Made by a program: the position numbers and the translations under genes. 64,000 bases of DNA from Mobula hypostoma (lineage: Eukaryota), in the NCBI RefSeq assembly GCF_963921235.1, contig NC_086097.1, positions 77,440,001 to 77,504,000 on the forward strand, read 5' to 3'. Shown piece by piece: positions 12,733 through 24,121 of this stretch. Each line of letters starts with the position of its first letter. The first letter of the stretch is position 1. Below the pieces are notes generated by a model. That model saw only the letters and a list, made by a program, of their open reading frames with translations. It was not told the DNA's origin and searched no databases.

Positions 12733-13282
12733 TAGACCATAATAATAAGACCATAATACATAGGAGCACAATTAGGCAATTTGGCCCATGAGTCTGAACT
12801 GCTATTCCATCATGGCTGATATATTATCTCTCTCAACCCCATTCTCCTGCTTTCTCCCCATACTCTTTAACACACTTACTAATCAAGAACTATCAATCTC
12901 CACTGTAAATAACCCAGTGACTTGGCCTTCACAGCAGTCTGTGGCAATGAATTGACAGATCCATCTCCCTCTAGCTAAAGAAATTCCTCCTCATCTCCAT
13001 TCTAAGCTAATGCCCTTTTATTCTGATGTTGTGTACTTTGGTCTCAGATTCCCTCACTATAGCAACTATCCTCTCCATGTCCATTCTATTTAGGTCTTTC
13101 AGTATTCGATAGGTTTCAATGAGATCCCCCTCATTCTTCAAAATTCCAGTGAGAAAAAGCCCAGAACCATTGATGGTTCCTCAAACGTGTACTCTTTCAT
13201 TCCTTGTGAACCTCCTCTGGACCCTCTCCATTGCCAGCAGATCCTTTCCAAGATAGGGAGCCCAAACTGTTCACCATACTCC
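12733..13282 (-). mobile_element. CR1 LINE 3' fragment
   Basis: Reverse-complement CR1 3' UTR with (tagaccataa) tail at 12733-12755; decayed EYGEQFG and RFTRN motifs. Confidence 0.85.
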
Positions 13283-13643
13283 ATCTTCTGAATGACTTGG
13301 CAGACCAAGTAGGTATGGCACTTTCAAGCAGAGGAAGGTTCAACATCATGGCCAGAAGCGAGGCAGCAGTGGGGGTGGTTACTTCAAGCCAGGCTGAAAC
13401 ACAGACAAGGCTCCCTCTATCCAGCACAGTGTTAGCAAATATGCAGTTGTTGGAGATCAAAATTGAGGACCTGAGGGAAAGATTGCTGTTTTAGAGGGAA
13501 GTGAGAGGTTGTTCTCTTCTATGTTTGAGTGAGACATAGCTTTCTCCAAGCACACCAGATACAGTGATCAGATCTGAAGATTTCTCGATTTACAGAATGG
13601 ACCAAGCTGCTGATTCAGAAAGCGCAAATGGTGGAGGTGTATG

Positions 13644-13884
13644 TGTGGTAAACCATATATATATGTTGTAACAGGGTTAACTGTCTGGACACGCCCCTCT
13701 GCTGTCTGAACACGCCCCTCTGCTGACTGCCCCTCCCACAGAGCCTGTATAAAGATGTTTTGCCTTGCCCCTCCCCCTCAGTCCGGGGGCAGACACTCAC
13801 TGTGGAGGTCGTATTGTACAGCGAATAAAAGCCTTTCAGTATTTTACCAGACCTCAGTCTTTTGGAGTTATTGAAGGTGCTTCA
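13644..13884 (+). repeat. 5' LTR
   Basis: tgtggtaaacc...gaaggtgcttca; TATA-like tataaa at ~13748; AATAAA at 13824-13829. Confidence 0.96.
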
Positions 13885-13885
13885 A

Positions 13886-13901
13886 TTTTATTCGCTGTAC
13901 A
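13886..13901 (+). promoter_or_regulatory. Primer-binding site complementary to the element's own LTR (putative self-priming)
   Basis: ttttattcgctgtaca is the exact reverse complement of tgtacagcgaataaaa at 13815-13830; no TGG start. Confidence 0.8.
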
Positions 13902-13910
13902 TTTTAAAGC

Positions 13911-14410
13911 ATGGAACATGCACTGAGACCAGACAAATTAGACCTCGATCCGCAAACACCTGAAGCTGGAAACGCTTTCGAACTCTGGCTGGCCTGCTTC
14001 GAAGTGCACCTAGAGGAGATTAAAGCGACCGACCCCGTAGCGAAGTGCAGAGTTCTACTCTCCAGGGTCAGTCCGCAGGTCTATTCGCTGATCAGAGACC
14101 AGCTGAGCTATGATGGCGCGATGCGCACACTCAAAGGACAATACCTGTGGCCAATAAACAGCGTCTATGCTCGGCACCGCTTAGCGAATGGGCAACAACG
14201 GCCCGGGGAATCAAGTGCTGAGTTCGTCCAGGCCCTACAGACGCTCGTGCGAGCCTGCAATTGCCAGGAGCTGACTGCGGTGCAGCATGCAGAGCTCTTA
14301 GTGAGAGACGCCTTCATCACGGGGACCAGGTCAGTGTACGTGCGCCAGCGGCTACTGGAAAAAGCCGATCTTACCCTAAGTTTGGCGATTGAGCTGGCCG
14401 ATACGCTGGA
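13911..14410 (+). pseudogene. gag: gag N-terminal part, truncated by the internal deletion
   Basis: MEHALRPDKLDLDP...ARHRLANGQQRPGESSAEFVQAL...LVRDAFITG...VRQRLLE (major-homology-region-like). Confidence 0.9.
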
Positions 14411-14438
14411 CCCAACAGGAGGCGCATACGGTCGCTCT

Positions 14439-16175
14439 ACTCCCTCTTCCCAACACCCTCAGAGCCCTCAAATGGTGCCTGGGCTTCTTTTCATATTACA
14501 CCCAATGGGTCTCTAACTATGCAGACAAGGCCCGCCCCCTGGTCAAGTCCGCCACATTCCCCCCTCTGCCGAGGCCCGCGCGGCCTTCAACCGCATAAAA
14601 GGGGACATTGCCAAAGCAGCAATGCATGCAGTGGATGAGGCCATTCCCTCCCAAGTAGAGAGTGACGCCTCCGACTTCGCACTGGCTGCTACCCTCAACC
14701 AGGCAGGAAGACCAGTGGCGTTCTTCTCCCGTACCCTTCAAGGCCCTGAAATTCAGCACTTCGCGGTAGAGAAAGAGGCCCAGGCCATAGTGGAAGCTAT
14801 TAGGCACTGGTGGCACTATCTTGCCGGCAGAAGGTTCACCCTGCTAGCTGACCAGCGCTCAGTCGCATTCATGTTTAATAATCAGCAGCAGAGCAAAATC
14901 AAAAATGATAAAATTCTGAGGTGGAGAATCGAACTCTCCACCTACAACTATGACACCATGTACAGGCCTGGGAAGCTCAAAGAGCCCTCCGATGCCCTAT
15001 CCCGGGGAACATGCGCCAGCGCGCAGATCGACCGGCTATACGCCCTACATGTAGACCTTTGCCACCCGGGGGTCACCCGGCTTTTCCACTTCGTGAAAGC
15101 CCGGAACCTGCCTTACTCCCTTGAGGAGATCAGGATGATGACCAGGGACTGCCAAGTCAGCGCAGAGTGCAAACCGCACTTCTACCGACCCGAAAAGGCA
15201 CCACTCATCAAGGCCACCCGCCCCTTTGAGCGACTGAGTGTTGACTTTAAGGGTCTCCTTCCCTCCACCGACCGCAATGTGTACTTTCTTAACGTTATCG
15301 ACGAGTACTTGCGGTTCCCCTTCGGCATCCACTGCCCCGACACCACTACCACGTCAGTTATAAAAGCCCTGCGCAAGCTCTTCACTCTGTTCGGATACCC
15401 ATGCTATATCCACAGTGACAGAGGGTCCTCGTTTATGAGTGACGAGCTGCGCCAATATCTACTGGCTAGGGGAATTGCAACTAGTAGGACCACGAGCTAT
15501 AATCCCTGGAGGAATGGACAGGTAGAGAAGGAGAATAGCACAGTGTGGAAAGCCACACTCTTAGCCCTCAGGTCAAAGGGACTGCCGGTCTCCCGCTGGC
15601 AGGAGGTCCTTCCCGAGGCACTCCACTCCATCTGCTCCCTGTTATGCATAGCCACCAATGCCACCCCTCATGACCGGCTCTTTTCTTTTCCCAGAAAATC
15701 GACCACTGGAACCACCCTACCAACTTGGCTGACGTCCCCAGGGCCAGTGCTGCTCCGGAAACATGTGAGGAGCAATAAATACTCCCTGATGGTCGAGAGG
15801 GTTCACTTACTTCATGCGAATCCCCGGTAAGCCTATGCGGTTTTACCTGATGGGCGGGAGGACACGGTCTCCATCCGCGACCTGGCGTCCGCAGGAGCAC
15901 TGGGCCCCTACCCTGAACGCTCCGTGGTGACTATTAACCCCGTACCCACCGATATATATACTCACCAGATACCGCGCACTCCAAACCCTACACAGACACC
16001 ACATGACACTCCCATACTGGGCGCGACGCACACGCACGAGGGATTACCACCACCTCACGTGCTGACACCTCAAGTTAGGCCGGAGCCAGCACAACCGCCA
16101 TCGCCGGTGCAATCACCACTGGTGCTACGTAGATCACAGCGACAGACTCAACCGCCTGATAGACTTAACCTGTAA
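14439..16175 (+). pseudogene. pol: pol remnant: RT thumb, RNase H, integrase
   Basis: CLGFFSYY; ESDASD...PVAFFSRTL...EKEAQAI; H-x4-H...CQVS (one Zn cysteine lost); VDFKG, SDRG, 35 aa, NGQVE (D,D35E); premature stop at 15828-30; ends PDRLNL*. Confidence 0.93.
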
Positions 16176-16246
16176 ATATACTTCTTGTAAATATTGTCAG
16201 TCACTTCACCCCACGGGACTCTTTTTTAAAAAAAAGGAGGGGTGAA

Positions 16247-16471
16247 TGTGGTAAACCATATATGTTGTAACTGGGTTAACTGTCTGGACACACCCCTCTG
16301 CTCACTGTCCCTGTGGCTCCTCCCACAGAGTCCTGTATAAAGGTGTTCGCCTTGTCCCTCCCCCTCAGTCCAGGGGCAGACACTTGCCGTGGAGGTTGTA
16401 TTGTACAGCGAATAAAAGCCTTTCAGTATTTTACCAAACCTCAGTCTTTTGGAGTTATTGAAGGTGCTTCA
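16247..16471 (+). repeat. 3' LTR
   Basis: Direct repeat of 13644-13884, preceded by polypurine tract aaaaaaaaggaggggtgaa. Confidence 0.96.
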
Positions 16472-17465
16472 GTATGTTTCATGATAAACTCTCAGTGGTG
16501 CTCCAGTATCACATTTCTGTTGAACTCATGTTCCCCTGACCTTGAACACTTCACAGCCAAATGTCATCCACTCTATTTACCTAGGGAGTTCTCCTCCATA
16601 ATCCTGACCACAGTTTACAAACCACCAGGGGCCGGCTAAAATCAAGTGTTTGAGGTTCAGCATGATGCTGTCTCCAAACAAGAAATAGTCCATCCTGACG
16701 CATTTCAAAGCATAGTCAGGGTCTTCAATGAGGCCTATTTGAAGAAAGCCCTGCCCAGTTGCCCTCAGCATATAACCTGTAGCATCAGAGGCCTGAACAC
16801 TCTAGAATACTGTTATACTAAGGGATGCCTACCATTTTACGCCCAGACCACATTTTGGTAAATTGGGTCACTTCGATGTCCTTCTCCTACCTGCATAGAG
16901 GCAGAGGCTAAAGAGCAAAGCTCCAGAGATTAGGGCAACAAAGAAGTGTTTGCGGGAGACAGAGGAGTGGCTACGAGATTGCTTTGATCGGAGGACCAGG
17001 TTCACGGTCTCTTCTGAGGACCTGAATGAATACACCAGGTTGTCATGCACTTTATTAAGACAGTTGTAGATGAATATGTCCCCACAAAATCATTTATAGT
17101 ATTCTCCAACCTGAAGCACTAGATGAACCATTAGATCCACAATCTGCTGAGGGCCAGATCACAGGCATTTAAGTCTGATGACAAAAAAAAGTTACAAGAT
17201 ATCCTGGAATGATCTCAGGAAAGCCATCTCATGGGCAAAGTGGCCATGAAGGATCAATGAAGGATGCTTGACAGTTGTTGGAGGGCTTGAATACTACCTC
17301 CTCTTATAAAGTTAAATCAAGCGACATAGGTGACAACAGAGTTTCATTTCCAGATGAGCTCAATGCCTTCTATGCTTGCTTTGATTGTCAAAACATGGAG
17401 GAGCCACCATAAACTCCCACAGCCCCTGACGACCCTGTCATTTCAGTCTCTGAGGCTAGCATGCA

Positions 17466-18426
17466 AACTCCTAAGGAAGTCTCTGACAACCTTCAAAGGT
17501 TCAAAGGTTCAAAGGTCCAATTTAATGTCAGAGAAATGTATACAATATACTTCCTGAAATGCTTTTTCTTTTCAAACATCCACGAAAACAGAGAAGTGCC
17601 CCAAAGAATGAACAACAGTTAAACGTGAGAACCCCAAAGTGCCCCCCAGCTCCCCTTCCCGGGCAAAAGTGGCAGCAAGCAACAATACCCCCCCAGCAAA
17701 AAAAAAGTGCACCCACCACTGAGCACAAGCATGAGCTAGGCAATAGCAAAGACACAGACCTTGCAGTTACCCCAAAGATTATCGCATTTCACCCAGCATT
17801 CGACAAACCACAGCTTCTCTCTCTCCCTAATAATCTCGTCCTGACAAAGGGTCTCGGCCTGAAACGTCGACTGCACCTCTTCCTACAGATGCTGCCTGGC
17901 CTGCTGCATTCACCAGCAACTTTGATGTGTGTTGCTTGAATTTCCAGCATCTGCAGAATTCCTATTGAGAGGGAGGTATCCCCCATTTTCATAGCAAGCC
18001 GGTTTACGATGTTAAAAAGTCAATTTTCTTGCTTTTTACAAGCTCTGTGCCTGAAGATCGCAAAGATCTCAGGTCTCTAAGCCCAGAGCGAAAGATTTTA
18101 CAGCCTCCCTGACTACACACAAGTCTCCTGCCGTTACACCGACCCTTGATCTGCCTGACTCCAGAGCATCGAGATCATAGGCTTTCGAATTTGGGCTGGA
18201 CTCTCAGGCCGAGCCCTTGGCATGCTGAACAACAATGGCTGGTCCCGAAACGCCGAGAACTGGGCCCATTCTGCAAAGAACCGAAGTCTGTGTGTAACTC
18301 CAGGTCAGGGTCTTCAAAATAACCTTGAAAGAGAAAAATAAAGATATTAAAGATAGAAATAGAGCAGTCTCCGAAGATGCAAGCAAAGGAGTCACCGTTT
18401 AGCGCCATCTTAACTGCGCCTCCAAC
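17466..18426 (-). mobile_element. Non-autonomous retroelement (YY1-like 5' motif, (cctttgaa)n tail) nested in Rex1
   Basis: Minus-strand start ggaggcgcagttAAGATGGCGC (18402-18423); tail (ttcaaagg)3 at ~17492-17516; same 3' end as 44775-45026. Confidence 0.75.
17836..17963 (+). mobile_element. Penelope-derived fragment with hammerhead motif (G8 to A mutant)
   Basis: gtc CTGACAA agg gtctcgg cct GAAA cg TC gac; near-identical to 42036-42180. Confidence 0.85.
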
Positions 18427-18799
18427 CAGGAGGGTGAACCCACAAAAAGCATCCAGCTCAGATGGGGTACCTGGCCAAGTACCAAAAACCTGTGCTGGCT
18501 GGAGTGCTCGCTGAGATCTTTGATCTCTTGCTTTGGCAGTCTGAGGTATGCATCTGCATCAAGCAGGCTTCAATTATACTGGTGCCTAAGAAGAACGTCG
18601 TAACCTTCCTTAATGATATTGTCTGGTAGAACTCACATCACAGTGATGAAGTGTTTTGAGAGGTTATTCATGAAACATTTCGACTCCTGCCTGAGAAGTG
18701 ACTTGGATCTGCTCCAATTTGCCTAACAGAGCGACAGGTCCACAGTAGATGCTGTTTTATTGGCTCTTCATTCAACCCTGGAACATCTGACAGGAAAGA

Positions 18800-19272
18800 T
18801 ACTTTATACTTTATTACTTTATTGTCAACAAACAATTGATACTAGAACATACAATCATCACAGTGATATTTGATTCTGCGCTTCCCACTCCCTGGATTAC
18901 AAATATTAAATATTAAAAATAGTAAAAATTAGTAAATATTAAACATTTAAATTATAAATCATAAATAGAAAATAGAAAAATGGAAAGGAAAGTAGTACAA
19001 AAAAAAAACCGAGAGGCAGGTCCGTATATTTGGAGGGTACGGCCCAGATCTGGGTCAGGATCCATTCAACAGTCTTATCACAGTTGGAAAGAAGCTGTTC
19101 TCAAATCTGGCCATACAAATCTTCAAGCTCCTGAGCCTTCTCCCAGAGGGAAGAGGGATGAAAAGTGTGCTGGCTGGGTGGATTGTGTTCTTGATTATCC
19201 TGGCAGCACTGCTCCAGCAGCGTGCGGTGTAAAGTGAGTCCACGGATGGAAGACTGATTTGTGTGATGTGCT
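18800..19272 (-). mobile_element. Rex1/Babar 3' fragment, antisense within the Rex1 host
   Basis: SAARIIKNTIHPASTLFIPLPSGRRLRSL...FENSFFPTVIRLLN; (tactttat)n tail at ~18800-18822. Confidence 0.88.
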
Positions 19273-21029
19273 GTGCATGTATACATTAGGATGCTCTTTA
19301 TCGACTACAGTTTATCATTCAATACCATCATCCCCTCAAAGCTAATCAATAAGCTTCAAGACCTTGGCCTCAATACCTCCTCAGTGGGACTAGGCAAATT
19401 AAAGGTTCCGCACAGACTAGATGGGCCAAAGAGCCTGTTTCTGTGCTGTAGTGTTTTCTGACTCTGTGACACTGTATCATTGGTGTAAAGAAAAAGAATG
19501 AGGTAAGATTACATCCATATTACAGCCTAAGGATCACTTTAATGTGAAACTAGCCAATTTGAATACCAGCAGTAGGAGCAACACAACATTAAATTGTTTA
19601 ATTTGATTTTGAATCCTGAAAGCTAGAAATAGAGTGCCACTCAAAAAATAAGCTACTGTCCTTGGACTTCCATTGACCTTTGATCCTCGTGCTTCCACTC
19701 AGCTTCATTAGAACACTGTCGATGACTACAGACTGGGACAGTGAGCAAGTAATGAGGAATCAAAGTAGCTCCTATCTTGTTGGATGTGCTGCACTATGAC
19801 TCAAAACTTTCTGAACGCACACTCAAGGAATTCAGTTTAGGAATTTCTTAAACCTACACCTTTCACACTAAGTGCATCTGAGTTAATCTTAGAGTAACTG
19901 AAATCTTCTATCAATATTCGTGCCGTTGTCAGAAAAGCGTGTCTTCATTTCAAATGCTGGTGCCATTTCTATCATACCTGCTTCTTACTTTATAAGGTGT
20001 CGTCACCGAACTATAAATGGCTAACATAAAGGACTTCCATGCTTCACCGAATAGACCTTCAGTTGGAAAAGAGTGCCTAAGTATGCTTCAAACCTATTTG
20101 CATTTATCACCATTTTTTCCACGTGGAATGTTGATTCCTTTCACGCAGCCAACAATAAGTTCGTGTAATTTCCACGAGAGTACCTGCACCCTGCTATTAA
20201 CACATTCTGCGCTATGATCGTCAAAAAACCCACAAATGCTGGAAATCTAAAATAAGAACTGGAATGTCGAAGATTCTTCAACCTGAACCTTTCACTCCAT
20301 TTCTTTTCACACAATCTGTACTGTGGAAATCTGAGGATAAGAAAGAGAAATAGGACCAATCACAACTCTTTGATGATGATCAAATCGAGTCAGTGCCCAT
20401 GACCAGATCTTGGATGTTGCCATGGCACCTTATGCTGCAGAAAAACATGTTGGTGACACAGAGATCACGTTCCCTAATCTTAACTCATGTCTATCCTTAT
20501 CCATAACTCTGCTAATTCTAACTGATTTATTTATTTATTTATTGAAATACAGCACGGGGCAGACTTACTCACTACCATCAACAGAATTTCCCTTTATATT
20601 CTTTCCAGCCATTGAGCTTCATTGCCTCAAACTAAATCTAGATTTGACAACTCTCAGTTGTGCTTGCTACATGCACAGAGCCAAAACCATCGACTATAAT
20701 TATATATCTTTCCAACACTATGAAAGCTGAATCATGTTAGTTCTCATTCATTTATTTAACCAATGCACTAAGATGCCCAAGGGAAATAACTTATGATCTA
20801 TACTCCCTGATAAGTAGAACACGAGTCTGTATTCTGCCACAATGCATGCTTCTCATTTGGTGTCAGTAAAATCTACTGCCTCTGTTCGTTCACTGAAAAG
20901 GGAGGGCTGATTGCAGGAATCTCTCCTGCCAATACTCTAGTAATAATCTTTCTTGGTGACACATGGTAACTAGGGAGCCTTAAAACCCTAGGTTGAATCA
21001 CAGCTAACAGGGTCCCAGAGGTCCATCTG

Positions 21030-21585
21030 CATATGGAAAAAAATGGTTATTGAGGAAATCGGGAGAGAGTGGGTGAGCACAACCTTGAGCTCACCCACTC
21101 TCAGTTGAGCTGCTGTAGAGATGGCTGACAGTTCCAAGGCATCCCTATCACCAGCAAATTCATCTGGTTCCACCATGTAGATGTGATGATCAAGGAAACA
21201 CATCAGTGTATGCAACTTTTTAGGCATCTGAGAAGATTCACTTTGTCCATGGTGATTCTCTGGAACATCTGAAGATGCAGGACAGAGGTATTCGATGGGT
21301 TGCATCTCAGCCTGGTATAGCAACTGCTCTGTTCTTGAATAACAGAATCTGCAGAGAGTGGTAAATACTGTATGTCCATCACAGTCTCATTACTTCCTTC
21401 TATCTGGTCCAACATCACAGCCTCTTGCAACAGGAAGGCTAGTATTATCGTCAGAGATGTCTGCCACCTCCGCTTTTCCCTTTTCTCACTTTGACTTTAT
21501 AGGAGAAGATACAGGAGCTTGATAGTCCAACCTGACTCAAGAACATCTTCTTCCACACTGCTATCAGACTTCTGAACCAATAATC
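21030..21585 (+). mobile_element. Old Rex1/Babar 3' fragment
   Basis: Decayed CISAWYSNC, ASIIVRDVCH, FFHTAIRLLN motifs. Confidence 0.65.
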
Positions 21586-21679
21586 TCTTCACACCACCTT
21601 CCCAGTGGTGCTGCCTTATTCTCAAACTCGATATTCTCAATGCATTCACTTCTGCTCAAGTCACTTGAGCTCTTATTTC

Positions 21680-22965
21680 AAGTCGTCACATCAAGTCAAG
21701 TTTTTTGTCATTTAACTATGTGCATGTATATAACATATACAACTATATAATGTCTATAGAAGCAAGATAATGTTTCTTCAAGCCAGGGTGTAAAGCACAT
21801 AGTACATATACAGTAACACATGATAACTTGTGGATGTAAAGATAAAATCTACAGATGAATCACATATAAATAACAAACACGAATATTAATTTTTTTAAGG
21901 CACAGAACAGATTAACCAGTGACACTTCGAATACGCTGTGGCAGGGAGTTCAGAAGCCTGATGGCCTGGGGTAAGAAACTGTTTCTCATCCTGACCAATT
22001 TTGTTTTTATACATCATAGTCTCCTGCCTGATGGTAAAAAGTCAGAAAGGATGCTGGATGGATGGGTGGGATCTTTAATAATACTAAGGGCCCTGCGTAC
22101 GCAGCGATCCTGATAGATGTCCCCAGAGGATGGTAGGGAGACTCCCATGATCCTCTCAGCTGTACTCCCAGGTCCGATGCTCGACTGCTCCCATACCAGA
22201 TGGAGATGCAACTTGTCAGGACACCCTCAATGCTGCTCCTGTAAAACGCAGTTAAGGTGGGGTGGGTGGAAGCCTTGTTTTCCTCAATCTTCTTAGGAAG
22301 TGGAGGCACTGCCGTGCCTTCTTGTTCAGGGAGGTGAGATTAAGGGACCAGGTGAGGTCATCTGTGATGTGAACTCCCAGGAACTAGGTACACTTAACTC
22401 TTTCTATGGAGGAGACATGTATTTGCAGAGGGGGTTGGTTCGTCTGCTCCTTCCTGAAGTCCACAATGGTTTCCTTTATCTTCTCCATTTTCCGGCTTAG
22501 GTTGCTCCACTTCCTCTCTATACTCCGTCTTGTCATCTTTCTTGATAAGGCCAACCACTGTTGTGTCATCCGCAAATTTGGTGACATGGTTTGAGCTGAA
22601 TCTGCGACACAGTCATGTGTTCAGCAGTGTGAACATCAGCGGACCGAGCACACAGCCTTGGGAGCGCCAGTGCTCAGTGTAGTGGGCTGAGAGATGTTGC
22701 TGCTCACGTGGACTGACTGTAACCTTACTGTTAAGAAGTCTAGTATCCAGTTGCAGAGGAAGATGTTGAGACCCAGCGAGGACAGTTTCCCCACCAGTTT
22801 CTGGGGTAAGATAGTGTTGAACATCGAACTGCTGTTTGACATATGAGACCTCATTTTTCAGCTGGGACAAAACAGAGTGGAGGGCAGAGGCTGTTGCATC
22901 ATCAGTGGATTGATTTGTGCGTTAAGCAAACCGGAAAAGGTCCAATGTAGCCAGGAGAAAGGCTT
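21680..22965 (-). mobile_element. Rex1/Babar RT and 3' end
   Basis: [57 protein letters not shown]; (tcaag)n tail. Confidence 0.92.
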
Positions 22966-23400
22966 TTTGCACTAATTCAGCTTGCACTACCATACTTTGT
23001 ACCGTTCCAGTTTTGGGTTTCCTGTTTTTATTACTACTGGGTATACTGTTCACTCTGTGAGCTTCACACGAGAAAAGAATTTCATTGCACACTGGTCTTG
23101 ATGACAGTAAACTAATCCCAACCTGACACTGATATCACAGCCATTAGGTCCAAACATAGCACTCACAGGAGTGTTTGTCTTTCTCAGGAGAGTCAAAGAT
23201 ACACAAACAGCTGGCAGACTCTGTTTCGTTTTCTAACTCCGAAACCTAACCAAAATAAAAAACACAGAAGCCGGGATATGTGCCTACTATCTTGTCCCTT
23301 TTTTTTAGTGAGGTGCTCACATATGACGTGGTGGTGTAATGATATATGCCATTCAGATACTTCTTACATACAACTCACAATGAATTATGTATTAAATACA

Positions 23401-23580
23401 CCACACTCAAATGGCTTCAAATGGTATGGCCTCCACAGAGCCTTGATCTCAACATTATCGAGGCTGTCTGGGATTATCTGTAGAGACAAAAGCAAGTGAG
23501 ACAGCCAAACTCTGCTGATAAACTGTGGTAAGTTCTCCAAGATACTTGGAACAACCTGCCAACCAATTTTCTTATAAATT
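23401..23580 (+). pseudogene. Tc1 transposase C-terminal fragment without TIRs
   Basis: QMVWPPQSLDLNIIEAVWDYL*...KLW*VLQDTWNNLP. Confidence 0.85.
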
Positions 23581-24121
23581 ACGCAGCATACTATATAATA
23601 CAACTACAGTATTACATAGATATTCACAGCATAATAAAACTATAAATTGTCTTACTCAGGCCTCAAAATTTAATTGCAATTCTGGCATTTCTGCTTCTTT
23701 TTTACTCATTATTATTATCACCTGATATTCACTGCATATGAACCCGTGGCCATAGTCATTGCTTGTTAATTCCCTCCGTCTTCTGCCTTTATAAAAAAAA
23801 CTTGAAGGTCTCCCTCCCCTTCTGAAGTAAAATGTGCTGCACTTCAACAGGGATGTAGTTGTGTCAGGTTCATTTTAAAACTTCCTTGTTGCCACTGTTA
23901 TGTTTTTAACTTCAGAAACTAACTGAAAGAAAAACACAGGAACCAGGATAATGGTCTGCTTAGATTTCTCTTCCATTTTTTTAGTGAAGTGCTCACATAT
24001 GACATAGTGGCATTATGACATATGCCATTCAAGTACTTGCTACATATAACCCATAATGAATTATGTAAACAAACAAAGAATGCTTAATCAAAAAATATAT
24101 TTACAGTATTACTCAAATATT

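Larger units (their letters stand above)
13644..16471 (+). mobile_element. Gypsy/Ty3 LTR retrotransposon (Mag-like gag), internally deleted
   Basis: TG...CA LTRs at 13644-13884 and 16247-16471; 5-bp TSD GTATG (13639-43, 16472-76); PPT 16228-16246; gag, RNase H and integrase remnants. Confidence 0.97.
13295..19380 (+). mobile_element. Rex1/Babar LINE ORF2 (APE endonuclease to RT), decayed, with four nested insertions
   Basis: LPLSSTVLANMQLLEIKIEDLR; GGGV|CFMINSQW split by the Gypsy element; YLPREFSSI; RRVNPQKA (~18428); [19 protein letters not shown] (~19288). Confidence 0.88.
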
